Counted from the first letter of the whole stretch, positions 39,901 to 49,351 are shown. The stretch is DNA of 61,713 nt, filler included, from 5 parts of 5 records of this genome joined end to end with filler, not necessarily neighbours in it, one strand, 5' to 3'. Notes: generated by a model not told the origin, from the letters alone. Numbers and translations: made by a program.

Positions 39901-40770
39901 TCAGTGAGCCATCAGAACCGGAATCCGTGCCGCGGTCAAAATATCGTCGGTCACACCGCCGAAGATCGATTCCCGCAGCCTGCTATGGCTGTAGGCGCCA
40001 AGGACCAGCAAATGGGTATCCGCTTCCCGCGCTTCAGCCTGAAGCCGGCCGGAGATGCTGCCCGAGGACGCATCGAAGGATTTCGCCTGTGCTTTCACGC
40101 CGTGCCACAGCAGGGAGTCCACGAACGTGCCCAGATGCTCTTCTGTCAGATCGTCATCGATCCCCGACATCACAAGCACTTTGTCCGCGGTTTCCAGCAG
40201 GGGCATGGCATGCGCGACAGCAGAGGCGGCTTCCTTCGACGCATTCCAGCCGACGGCAACACCGCTGATTTTCGGCATGGTTACGTCGTGCGGCACTACC
40301 AGCGTGGCCTTGCCGCTCTGCAACATCGCGGCTTCGGCGATTGCCATGGCATCGTTGCTTTCACGATCCGCCGGCGCGACCACACAGATCACATCCACCA
40401 TCCGGGAACGGCGGGCAACGATTGTGGCCGGTTCGCCCACCAGGGTTTCGAATGAGACCGTGACGCCTTTCGTTCCGGCCGGTTGCTGGACAACCGGAAG
40501 ATCATTGGCTTCGCGCCAGCGATCGAATGCGGAGAGCGATGCAGCCTGCGCCTCATTCGCGACATTCTCCGCCTGCTCGATCAGACCTTCGATCATGGAC
40601 GCACTCATGCCCATGCCGACCTGCGGAATCAGAACATCCCGCGGTTCACGGTGAATATGCGCGACAAAAATGTGGGCGCCATGCGGCTCTGCGATGGCAC
40701 GGGCCGCGTTCAGGATCGCCGTGTCGGCATCGTTGCCGAGCACAGGCGCAAGGACCGTTTTCAGGGACAT
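39901..40770 (-). CDS. tandem-domain universal stress protein
   Basis: VAVGWNASKEA..AV..A.PLL, LLVLGAYSHSRLRE.IFGGVT...PVLMAH. Confidence 0.93.
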   Translation of the reverse strand: MSLKTVLAPVLGNDADTAILNAARAIAEPHGAHIFVAHIHREPRDVLIPQVGMGMSASMIEGLIEQAENVANEAQAASLSAFDRWREANDLPVVQQPAGTKGVTVSFETLVGEPATIVARRSRMVDVICVVAPADRESNDAMAIAEAAMLQSGKATLVVPHDVTMPKISGVAVGWNASKEAASAVAHAMPLLETADKVLVMSGIDDDLTEEHLGTFVDSLLWHGVKAQAKSFDASSGSISGRLQAEAREADTHLLVLGAYSHSRLRESIFGGVTDDILTAARIPVLMAH

Positions 40771-40834
40771 GATTCCACCTCGGGGTTAATGTAACTGATG
40801 CATTAACCCTACGCGGGGCGAAAAGGTTCCCACA

Positions 40835-40848
40835 TTGACCTAAGTCAA
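40835..40848. promoter_or_regulatory. FNR/FixK-family binding site
   Basis: TTGAC-CTAA-GTCAA palindrome about 65 nt upstream of the USP start. Confidence 0.75.
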
Positions 40849-40927
40849 ATCTCCGAAGAACGGTCCTCTAAATCGTATGTCTCGAGCAAAAAGCGCTACC
40901 CGAGCCGGCGTTTACGGGGCCTGTCGC

Positions 40928-41524
40928 TCAGGGATAAAGACGGTCCACGGTCCAGGCTTCACTTTCGCCCGCACGGCTGAAGCGGAACCGGTCATGCAAA
41001 CGGAATTCCCCATCCTGCCAGAACTCGATGGCAAGCGGGGTCAGGCGCCATCCGGACCAGTATGGCGGGCGGGGAACCGTCTCGCCGGGATATGAACGGT
41101 TGGCGTTCTCGACGGCCGCCATCAGGGCCGGACGATCAGCCAGCGGACGCGATTGCTGCGATGCCCAGGCGCCGACGCGGCTGCCACGCGGCCGGGAATT
41201 GAAATAGCCATCCGCCTCTTCGTCCGTCACCCGCGCCACCGGCCCGGTCACCCGCACCTGCCGGCGCACCGACTTCCAGTGAAAACACAGGGCCACGAAC
41301 GGGTTGACCGCGATCTCCCGCCCCTTCTGGCTTTCCATGTTGGAATAGAAGACGAATCCCTGCTCGTCGAATCCCTTCAGCAGCAGGATCCGCGCTGACG
41401 GGCGCCCATCGGCATCGGCTGTTGCCACGGTCATGGCATTGGGGTCGTTCGGCTCCGTTTCGGAAGCCTCCCGAAGCCAGCCTTCGAAGAGTTCAAAAGG
41501 ATTCTCTGTATCGGGCTCAAACAT
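40928..41524 (-). CDS. pdxH: pyridoxamine 5'-phosphate oxidase
   Basis: PNAM.VAT, RILLLKG, RQVRV.G, GAWASQQS, EFWQ...RLHDR. Confidence 0.96.
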   Translation of the reverse strand: MFEPDTENPFELFEGWLREASETEPNDPNAMTVATADADGRPSARILLLKGFDEQGFVFYSNMESQKGREIAVNPFVALCFHWKSVRRQVRVTGPVARVTDEEADGYFNSRPRGSRVGAWASQQSRPLADRPALMAAVENANRSYPGETVPRPPYWSGWRLTPLAIEFWQDGEFRLHDRFRFSRAGESEAWTVDRLYP

Positions 41525-41718
41525 GGCCGCACCTCAATGTGAAGATGGCAAATCGCACAGAAACGCACCTTCGATCTTTTTATTGCCTTATTGATCACTA
41601 ATTAAGGATCGAAGATTACTTATCACTAGCGAGCAGCAGCATGCCCTGTCCAGCGCCGTAAGGTCGCAGACGCCGTAAGGCCCACACAGGGATGCCGCGC
41701 AGCATGTGAGCATTGCCG

Positions 41719-41743
41719 GGAACATTTTCGCATCACGGCCGTT
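41719..41743 (+). promoter_or_regulatory. ECF sigma (EcfG/sigmaT-type) promoter
   Basis: GGAAC-N16-CGTT upstream of the 17-kDa lipoprotein. Confidence 0.55.
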
Positions 41744-41815
41744 ATGCGTATGCGACGGATTTTACGGCCCCGCACGTTATCGCTTCGGGCCGATATAAAT
41801 TGAAGGGGACTAAAA

Positions 41816-42295
41816 ATGAAAACTCCTGCCGTACTTGTCGTCATAGCCGCCCTGGCACTCGGGGCCTGCGCGAACAATGGACAGCAGCTTGGAACCAAGC
41901 AGACCGCGGGCGGTCTGTTCGGTGCTGTCGGTGGTGCCGTTGCCGGCTCCCAGATCGGTGGCGGCAAGGGCAAGCTCGCGGCGGTTGCCATCGGCACCCT
42001 GCTTGGCGCCTTCGTCGGCAGCGAGATCGGCAAGTCCCTCGACAATGCCGATAAAGCCGCGATGGCCCAGACCACCCAGAATGCATTGGAAACCCAGCAG
42101 GTCGGTACGACCTCGACCTGGCACAACCCGGACAGCGGTCACTCCGGCACGGTTACGCCGACGAGCACCTATCAGGCCCCGTCCGGAGAATATTGCCGGG
42201 AATATTCCCAGACGGTGAATATCGGCGGACAGACCGAAGAAGCCTATGGCACCGCCTGCCGCCAACCGGATGGCACCTGGAAAATCAAGAACTAG
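41816..42295 (+). CDS. 17-kDa surface antigen-like glycine-zipper lipoprotein (RT0821/Lpp0805 family)
   Basis: LALGAC lipobox, glycine zipper, W.NPDSG.SG.VTP, CREY, ACRQPDGTW. Confidence 0.9.
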   Translation: MKTPAVLVVIAALALGACANNGQQLGTKQTAGGLFGAVGGAVAGSQIGGGKGKLAAVAIGTLLGAFVGSEIGKSLDNADKAAMAQTTQNALETQQVGTTSTWHNPDSGHSGTVTPTSTYQAPSGEYCREYSQTVNIGGQTEEAYGTACRQPDGTWKIKN

Positions 42296-42377
42296 GCAGC
42301 GGCCTTCAGCTCTGTAATGATCGGGCCGGACGGATTTTTGCCTCCGGTCCGATTGTTTTTCCATATACTCCCGTGCC

Positions 42378-43325
42378 ATGAGCGATCCTTACAAGATATT
42401 GGGCGTAAAGCCCGACTCCTCGCAGGACGAGATCAAGAAAGCGTACCGTACGCTTGCGAAGAAGCTGCATCCGGATCTCAATCCCGGAAACACCAAGATC
42501 GAGCAGCAATTCAAGGAAGTCACGGCAGCCTACGATCTCCTGTCGGACGAGAAAAAACGCGCCAAGTACGATCGTGGCGGCATGAATACCGGCGCAGGTG
42601 CAGGCAGCGGCCCCTCGGCGAAGGCCTCCAGCGGTTTCTGGAAGGCCTGGACATCGGCCCGCAAGAAGCAGTCCGGCGGCTTCTCCGACATATTCGATGA
42701 CGAAGATGCCGACATGTTCGACGACATCCTGCGCCGGCACGGGCAGGGTGGCGGTGGCTCGGGCCAGGGCGGCAGCGCCTATACGGTCGGGCCGGACGTC
42801 AATTACAAGCTGAAGGTAAGTTTCGTCGAAGCGGCCGGCGGCGGCACCAAACGCGTCACGCTGTCCGACGGCAAGACACTCGACCTGAAGATCCCGCCGG
42901 CAACGGAAAGCGGCAAGACACTCCGCCTGAAGGGTCAGGGCCGAAAGGGCAGCAACAGCGGCCCCGCAGGCGACGCCTTCGTCGAGATCACCGTGGAGCC
43001 GCACGACTATTTCCATCGGGACGGCCAGAACATCAAAGTGGAGATGCCGGTCACGCTCTATGAAGCAGTGCTCGGCGGCACCATCACCGTGCCGACGGTC
43101 CAGGGCAATGTTTCCCTGAAAATCCCGCCGAAATCGAACACCGGTTCAACCCTGCGCCTGAAGGGCAAGGGTATTCCTGCCGTGGGCGGAAAGCCTGCGG
43201 GAGACCAGCTTGTGACGCTGAAAGTGGTTCTGCCGGAGAGCGAGGATCCCGATCTGATCAAGCTGATGCAAAAATGGGCCGAGGAAAAAGGCTACAACCC
43301 ACGCCACAAGATGCGCTTCAGCTAA
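42378..43325 (+). CDS. DnaJ-class chaperone lacking the zinc finger (CbpA-like)
   Basis: DPYKILGV, HPD motif, LRLKGQG, EAVLGG..VPT. Confidence 0.92.
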   Translation: MSDPYKILGVKPDSSQDEIKKAYRTLAKKLHPDLNPGNTKIEQQFKEVTAAYDLLSDEKKRAKYDRGGMNTGAGAGSGPSAKASSGFWKAWTSARKKQSGGFSDIFDDEDADMFDDILRRHGQGGGGSGQGGSAYTVGPDVNYKLKVSFVEAAGGGTKRVTLSDGKTLDLKIPPATESGKTLRLKGQGRKGSNSGPAGDAFVEITVEPHDYFHRDGQNIKVEMPVTLYEAVLGGTITVPTVQGNVSLKIPPKSNTGSTLRLKGKGIPAVGGKPAGDQLVTLKVVLPESEDPDLIKLMQKWAEEKGYNPRHKMRFS

Positions 43326-43350
43326 CCACTGGAGCTGGAGCGGATATCCC

Positions 43351-43923
43351 ATGATTTTGACGAAATATATCCGCCGGCACTTCATCGAAAAGGCAGTGCA
43401 TGCATTCCAGCCGTCAGGGCCGGTGCTTGAAATTGGCAGTGGGCGGCGGTGGCGCTATTTCGAGGGCAGTACAACCCTGAACCGTGATGCCTCCGCAGAG
43501 GCCGACATCCTTTGCGATGCCGAAGCACTGACACTGGCGGACGGGAGCTTTCCTAACGTCGCCTGCATCGAGGTTCTCGAACACACCCTCTCACCCGACA
43601 CCCTGATTGCGGAGATGTACCGGGTTCTGGAACCCGGCGGCAGGCTGCTTCTGACGGTTCCGTTCGTGTTCGAGATCCATGACGAGCGGGATTACTACCG
43701 CTTCACCCGTATGGGCCTCGAACACCTTCTGCGGAATTTCTCGGACGTCAGGATTGAACCCAATGGCGGCGTGTTCTGCGTCCTGTTTCATTTCATCCGG
43801 CTCAGCCTTTTCGGAAAGCTGCTCTATCCAGTCCTCAACAATCTTGGATACGGCCTGGACTGTCTTTTCCGGCAACGCGATCCACGAATCACGCTCGGCT
43901 ATACACTTATCGCAACGAAATAG
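43351..43923 (+). CDS. class I SAM-dependent methyltransferase (Methyltransf_11-like)
   Basis: VLEIGSG, CDAEAL, EVLEH, RVLEPGG..LTVPF, DYYRFT. Confidence 0.82.
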   Translation: MILTKYIRRHFIEKAVHAFQPSGPVLEIGSGRRWRYFEGSTTLNRDASAEADILCDAEALTLADGSFPNVACIEVLEHTLSPDTLIAEMYRVLEPGGRLLLTVPFVFEIHDERDYYRFTRMGLEHLLRNFSDVRIEPNGGVFCVLFHFIRLSLFGKLLYPVLNNLGYGLDCLFRQRDPRITLGYTLIATK

Positions 43924-43930
43924 AGCCGCC

Positions 43931-45256
43931 TTACTTCGCGGCTTCCGGTAAGTCGGGCAACTCTCTCACGCCGCCTGTCTCGCCCGTAAGACCCTCAAGA
44001 ACATCCGCGGCCGGACGGGACAGGGTGTCTCGCTCGGCTTTCGACAGGGCGTCGAGCACCGCTGTAATGGAGGCTGGGTCCTCACTCTCGACCGGCTCCA
44101 GCTCTTCAACCGCGCAGCCAAGCCCGTGATAGAGGTCATAGAGACTGTACCGGGCTGGATCCCGCGCCAGGACGAAGCGGCCGTCATCGGTTCGCGCAAC
44201 GAACTCGGCGGCGAGCAGCCGTTCCAGAACCTGGGCAACCGCATCCGCCGATGCCACATCATCCATTGCCGCCTGCTGTACGGGCCCCGCCTGCTCCCGG
44301 ATGGCGGCGAGGGTCGACAGCGCGACGGAAAATTTCCGGGCCGGGCCAAGAACCGGCTCCGCATCCATGTCGCGGGAATGCCACCAGTCGGGGAACGATG
44401 CGGCGAACACCGCACCCAGCAGGATCACGGTCCAGGAAAAATAGACCCAGACCAGAAAGATCGGAATGACCGCCATGGCGCCATAGATTGTCTGGTAGGT
44501 CGGGAAGGCGACCAGATACCAGCCGAACCCCAGCTTCAGGATTTCAAACGCAACGCCGGACAGGCAGCCGCCAATCAGCGCATCCCGCCAGGCGACCGTA
44601 CGGTTCGGCACGATCATGAACAGCAGCGTGAAACCGACGCTCTGCAGCACGGCTGCGATCACATGGTCACGTACCTCCCCGCCGACATTGAGCGTCTCCG
44701 CATCCAGCCCGGCATCGGTCCAGGTCTGGCGCAGCACGCTGAACGCATCGCTGGTGGTGGTCAGGGTCAGCCCGATAAGGATCGGCCCCAGGGACAGCAC
44801 CGCCCAGAAGATCAGGAACCGGATCAGCAAATGCCGGTGCCGTTCCACATGCCAGATTGCATTGAAGGTCGATTCGATGGTCGCCAGCAACAGGATCGCG
44901 GAAACGGAAAGGCCGATGATACCCGCCGCCCCGAGCTGCGATGCGTTCCGCATGAAGCTGTTCAGGTAGGTCCGGACGGGACCCGCGATCTCCGGCACCA
45001 GATTTTCGAAGATCGTCGCCTCGATGGCGGTTCTGGCTGTCTCGAACGCGGGGAAAGCAGTGAAGATCGCGAAGCCGATGGCCAGCAATGGCACCAGTGC
45101 CAGCAGGGTCGTATAGGTCAGCGCCGCTGCTGACTGCATGCCCCGGCCACGATAAAATCGTTTCAGCGCGAAGCCGATATATTCGGCCAGCTCGGTTATG
45201 ACGGCTGCGGCGGCGAGGGTTTTCCAGCGATCGAGCCGGTTGGCTTTTTTGCTCAT
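43931..45256 (-). CDS. YihY/BrkB family inner membrane protein with C-terminal extension
   Basis: AAALTYTTLLALVP, IE.TFN.IW, YQTIYGAMA.IP.FL.W.Y.SW...LLGA; wHTH-like tail. Confidence 0.9.
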   Translation of the reverse strand: MSKKANRLDRWKTLAAAAVITELAEYIGFALKRFYRGRGMQSAAALTYTTLLALVPLLAIGFAIFTAFPAFETARTAIEATIFENLVPEIAGPVRTYLNSFMRNASQLGAAGIIGLSVSAILLLATIESTFNAIWHVERHRHLLIRFLIFWAVLSLGPILIGLTLTTTSDAFSVLRQTWTDAGLDAETLNVGGEVRDHVIAAVLQSVGFTLLFMIVPNRTVAWRDALIGGCLSGVAFEILKLGFGWYLVAFPTYQTIYGAMAVIPIFLVWVYFSWTVILLGAVFAASFPDWWHSRDMDAEPVLGPARKFSVALSTLAAIREQAGPVQQAAMDDVASADAVAQVLERLLAAEFVARTDDGRFVLARDPARYSLYDLYHGLGCAVEELEPVESEDPASITAVLDALSKAERDTLSRPAADVLEGLTGETGGVRELPDLPEAAK

Positions 45257-45436
45257 CTTGTCAGCCTATCACGAATGCCTGTAGAAGAGCGCGCGCCCGC
45301 TCCCCAAAAGGATCGCGCCACGGTAGTTTCCGCGGCCTCCCGGTCGCCGCATGCAGTTTGCCGCACGCGGCCTTTAGTGTAGGATCGCGCGAATCATGTG
45401 TAATATTTTACGACAACCTGCGTCGAGAGGCATCGA

Positions 45437-45922
45437 ATGACTGAACCGAGCCCGATCATGAGTGGCAAAAAGGGCCTTGTCATGGGGGTCGCGAACGACC
45501 GCTCCATCGCCTGGGGTATCGCGAAAGCAGTTGCCGCACAGGGCGCAGAGGTTGCGTTCACCTTCCAGGGCGAGGCACTGCAGAAGCGGGTTGAACCGCT
45601 GGCCGCGCAGCTTGGCTCCAATATGGTGCTGCCCTGCGATGTCACCGATGACGCAAGCGTCACCAAGACCTTCGAGACGATCCGCGAAAAGTGGGGCAAG
45701 CTCGACTTCCTGGTGCATGCCATTGCCTATTCGGACAAGGACGAGCTGAAGGGCAAATACGTCAACACGACGCGGGACAACTTCCTGAAGACCCTGGATA
45801 TTTCCTGCTATTCCTTCACCCGGATCGCGAAAGAAGCGGCCGAGCTGATGACGGATGGCGGGTCCCTGGTGACACTGAGCTATTACGGCGCCGAAAAGGT
45901 GATGCCGCATTACAACGTCATG
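45437..45922 (+). CDS. fabI: enoyl-ACP reductase (3'-truncated)
   Basis: GVANDRSIAWGIA, CDV, HAIAY, DISCYSF, YYGAEKVMPHYNVM. Confidence 0.96.
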
Positions 45923-46022
45923 NNNNNNNNNNNNNNNNNNNNNNNNNNNNNNNNNNNNNNNNNNNNTTAATTAATTAANNNNNNNNNNNNNNNNNNNNNN
46001 NNNNNNNNNNNNNNNNNNNNNN
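45923..46022. other. artificial contig linker
   Basis: N-run/TTAATTAATTAA/N-run. Confidence 0.99.
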
Positions 46023-46023
46023 C

Positions 46024-46563
46024 CTGTGGAGTGGGCTGGAGCGGGACCGGGCGGGCGCCATTTGCAAATTCTGCGATACCGACTTCGTGGGCACAAATGG
46101 CGAAGGTGGCGGCAAGTTCAAGACAGCGGACGACCTCGCAGCAGCCGTAAGTGCGCTGTGGCCCGAAAATGCTGGCGGTGTACCATTTATTGTCTGCACA
46201 GGTGGGGAACCGCTGCTGCAGCTTGATGACGCCGCGATCAAAGCGTTTCATGACGCGGGTTTCGAGATTGCGGTTGAAAGCAATGGCACTATCGAGCCGC
46301 CTTTAGGTATCGACTGGCTGTGTATCAGCCCCAAAATTGGCTCCGAAATGATCGTAAAACGAGGTCAGGAGCTAAAGCTGGTTTACCCGCAAGACGGCGG
46401 TGACCCATCACAGTTTGAACACCTGAACTTTGAGAATTTTTATCTGCAACCCATGGACAGCCCCACGCAGGCAGAAAACACCGTTGCTGCAGTCAACTAC
46501 TGCAAGGCGCACCCAAAATGGCGCTTAAGCGTGCAAACCCATAAGTTTATCGGGATTCCCTGA
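46024..46563 (+). CDS. queE: 7-carboxy-7-deazaguanine synthase, Cx14CxxC type (5'-truncated)
   Basis: Reads LWSGLERDRAGAICKFCDTDFVGT from the contig edge; TGGEPLLQ, VESNGT, ISPK, LQP, WRLSVQTHK. Confidence 0.95.
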   Translation: MWSGLERDRAGAICKFCDTDFVGTNGEGGGKFKTADDLAAAVSALWPENAGGVPFIVCTGGEPLLQLDDAAIKAFHDAGFEIAVESNGTIEPPLGIDWLCISPKIGSEMIVKRGQELKLVYPQDGGDPSQFEHLNFENFYLQPMDSPTQAENTVAAVNYCKAHPKWRLSVQTHKFIGIP

Positions 46564-46585
46564 GCTACCCCTTTATTAGACAGGC

Positions 46586-46765
46586 CTAGTCTTTGGTGCG
46601 GCTTAGCGCTACCCCAAACACAATACCCAGCGCTATGCCAAGCGCTATATTGCCAAGTGCGGCACCAACCCCGACGCCTATGGCAAGGCCAGCACCAATA
46701 TATTTGACGCTTCTGCCTGTGCGACCTTTCGCCGCTCCTTCATCTGGTGTTGGGTCGTCTTGCAT
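46586..46765 (-). CDS. 59-aa glycine-zipper membrane protein
   Basis: MQDD...YIGAGLAIGVGVGAALGNIALGIALGIVFGVAL; GGAGGG RBS. Confidence 0.6.
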   Translation of the reverse strand: MQDDPTPDEGAAKGRTGRSVKYIGAGLAIGVGVGAALGNIALGIALGIVFGVALSRTKD

Positions 46766-46917
46766 TCGTCCCTCCGGAAAAGTCTTATGATTATTAATAG
46801 ATAGGGCCTGGATAGCCCCTTTCCAAGACATCACGGCCCTGACAATACTATTGTTTGACCCCACAACGTTCCCTGATATGGTCCCGCCAGATAGCGAAAC
46901 AGCATAAGAACTATAAA

Positions 46918-47727
46918 ATGACATCTTTTCTTCCTGCCCTCAAAAAGCTCCCTCGTCCTGTACGATATGTTGCCATATGCGCTCTTGCCGCCCTTGCTGG
47001 CATTTATCTCATTAACAGTCGTTATGACCGCCTGGAAATCGCGGAGCACCATTTCTACGATGATGCTGCTCAAAAAATATGGGCCCACAGGGGATATGCA
47101 AAAAAACACGCTGAAAACACGCTAGAAGCCTTTCAGGATGCCGTAGACCGGGGAGCACCTGGGATAGAAGTTGATATCTTTTACGATCCGGCAACAAAGC
47201 ATTTTCTGGTTACGGATAGCGAGTCTTCGCACCAAGAGCCGCCGTTACGCTTAAAGGATGTGTTTGTGGCTTTTGGCGAAAAAACACATTACTGGCTGAA
47301 CTTCATAAACCTGGCTGATCTGGGATATGCGGATTCCGCTGGCGCCGCCCATCTGATTGCGCGGATGGCCACACGCTATACCAAACGCCCGCTGGTTATG
47401 GTGGAATCGAGCAGCGCATCGCATCTGGCTCCGTTCAAACGCTTCGGTATCCATACCACATTATTGACAACATTCGCCCCCGGCAGTTCATGGCTGGTCA
47501 GGCAATATCAGGCCTTGAAGCTTAAATATCTGCTTGGAACGAACGGTATTACGGGAGCTTCATTTGTCCCTGCTCAGTTCGATCAAGACCTATCTAACCA
47601 ACTCACCAATACCGACATATATATCTTGACCGCCAATACGCTTGAAGAAGCCCGCCAGTTTGCAACCTCGCCTACTGTCAAAATCATCCTAACGGACGAA
47701 GATTTCTATACTCTCGACGATCTGTAA
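46918..47727 (+). CDS. membrane-anchored GDPD-like (glycerophosphodiester phosphodiesterase fold) protein
   Basis: N-terminal TM; IWAHRG...ENTLEAF..A...GIEVD; terminal IILTD. Confidence 0.7.
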   Translation: MTSFLPALKKLPRPVRYVAICALAALAGIYLINSRYDRLEIAEHHFYDDAAQKIWAHRGYAKKHAENTLEAFQDAVDRGAPGIEVDIFYDPATKHFLVTDSESSHQEPPLRLKDVFVAFGEKTHYWLNFINLADLGYADSAGAAHLIARMATRYTKRPLVMVESSSASHLAPFKRFGIHTTLLTTFAPGSSWLVRQYQALKLKYLLGTNGITGASFVPAQFDQDLSNQLTNTDIYILTANTLEEARQFATSPTVKIILTDEDFYTLDDL

Positions 47728-48590
47728 GGAAGGTTTTGCAGTGCTTCAAATACCTTGGCGCCGAGTTCAGGGCCCTGTACCGGGTATAAGAAGGGCTCGA
47801 TAAGCTCCAGTTCCATAAGCATCAAGCCACCGTCTTCACCGCGCAGCATATCAACACGTGCATACAGCGGCACCTCATCGAGTGCTGATAGCGCTGCGGA
47901 TGCTGCCGCAATATCGTCGGAGGATGGAGTGACCACCTGTTCCTTGCCGCCATAGCAGCTCTGGATACGGTATTCACCCTCCACTGCTGTTTTAAGCAGC
48001 GCAAACACATATTGCCCGCCGATGAAGATAAAACTGATCTCACCCTCTTTGAGGATGTTGCTCATGAAGGGCTGAATTTTCATGGGATACGGCATGTCAG
48101 GCACCGCCTCCCCGCGCTTGATCCTGTGCTGGCCATCTCCTCCGGCGCCAACCTGACGTTTTGCCACCAGCGTATCGCAGCCAAACTGCTCAAATGCAGA
48201 GGCAATCACCTCTGGTGTCGCTTTATCTGCCCATAGGGTGGGTATTGTTGGCACACCTCGTTTCGCCAGATCTTTGAGGTAGCGCTTGTGGCAATTCCAC
48301 TCAACCAGCGCACGGCTGTTGTAAAGCCTTGTTTTTGCTTCTATTTTCAAAAGCACCGCGAGAAACTCATCCAGGCGGTCGTAATAGTCCCAGGTGGTGC
48401 CAATCATGACAGCGTCAAATTGAGCCCAATCCGCAGCCGCGTCATCCCACGATACCGCCGTTACCCTGCCCCCGCGCGCTTCAAAGGCCGCAGACAAATT
48501 TTCCACCATCTGGTCGTGTTCATAAGCGTCAACACGGCGGGTGCTCGAGCCCGGCAAGGTGGCTTGACAAGCCAGATAACAAAGGTGCAT
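47706..48590 (-). CDS. RimK/glutathione-synthetase-like ATP-grasp protein
   Basis: TTWDYY, WNCHKRYL.DL, VAK, IQPF...GEISF, YARVD, ELELIEP. Confidence 0.82.
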   Translation of the reverse strand: MHLCYLACQATLPGSSTRRVDAYEHDQMVENLSAAFEARGGRVTAVSWDDAAADWAQFDAVMIGTTWDYYDRLDEFLAVLLKIEAKTRLYNSRALVEWNCHKRYLKDLAKRGVPTIPTLWADKATPEVIASAFEQFGCDTLVAKRQVGAGGDGQHRIKRGEAVPDMPYPMKIQPFMSNILKEGEISFIFIGGQYVFALLKTAVEGEYRIQSCYGGKEQVVTPSSDDIAAASAALSALDEVPLYARVDMLRGEDGGLMLMELELIEPFLYPVQGPELGAKVFEALQNLPYRSSRV

Positions 48591-48602
48591 AAGAGGCTCC
48601 TG

Positions 48603-49067
48603 CTAACCACGACCGCGATAGCTTGGCACAGCCTGATCGGGTATCCACACGCCTTTTGGTGCTTCGCCGGTCTGGTAGAACACGTCGATCGGGATACCGC
48701 CTCGCGGATACCAGTAGCCGCCGAACCTCAGCCATTTTGGCTTCATTTCCTCAACCAGTCGTTCCGCAATACCAACCGTGCAGTCCTCGTGAAAAGCTGC
48801 ATGGTTTCGGAAGCTTTGCAGGAACAGTTTCAGGCTCTTGCTTTCAACAAGCGTTTCACCCGGCACATAATCGAGCACCAGATGCGCAAAGTCAGGCTGG
48901 CCGGTAACAGGACATAACGATGTAAATTCCGGGCATGTGAAGCGCACCAGATAGTCTGCCTTAGATCGCGGGTTAGGAACATATTCCAGCACCGCCTCTT
49001 CCGGGGTTTGTGGTGCATCAACCTTGGCGCCCAACTGGCCAAGACCTTCGTAAATCTCTTTGCCCAT
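48603..49067 (-). CDS. queF: preQ0 reductase (type I QueF)
   Basis: [34 protein letters not shown]. Confidence 0.96.
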   Translation of the reverse strand: MGKEIYEGLGQLGAKVDAPQTPEEAVLEYVPNPRSKADYLVRFTCPEFTSLCPVTGQPDFAHLVLDYVPGETLVESKSLKLFLQSFRNHAAFHEDCTVGIAERLVEEMKPKWLRFGGYWYPRGGIPIDVFYQTGEAPKGVWIPDQAVPSYRGRG

Positions 49068-49351
49068 GTCACATATCCTGCATGAATTCGTCTTGCCTCT
49101 GCCTATGCGGTGCCAGAGTTATTTTGTCAAAGAGTTTCCGGAAAAGGCGCAGAAAACCTGAAGAAATGCCCACACCTTAGCCGTTAATCTTTGTAAGATA
49201 ATTACCAAAACCTTAACGTTATTGAATTTTTAGTTCAGCATTTATTAATGCACGCCAAGTATAGTGGAGAGTAACAGGTCAAGAAGTGATCTGGTCGACT
49301 CAGGCAACCAACAATGACTGAATAACGAGGTCGACAAGTAGGAGAAGAACA

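Noticed and set aside
46024-49067. queE/queF as part of a Dpd 7-deazaguanine DNA-modification defence island
   Set aside because: No dpdA/tgt paralog, helicase or nuclease; housekeeping queuosine genes suffice.
49202-49217. CtrA-like TTAC-N7-TTAAC between queF and hspQ
   Set aside because: Imperfect match in an AT-rich intergenic region; not supportable alone.
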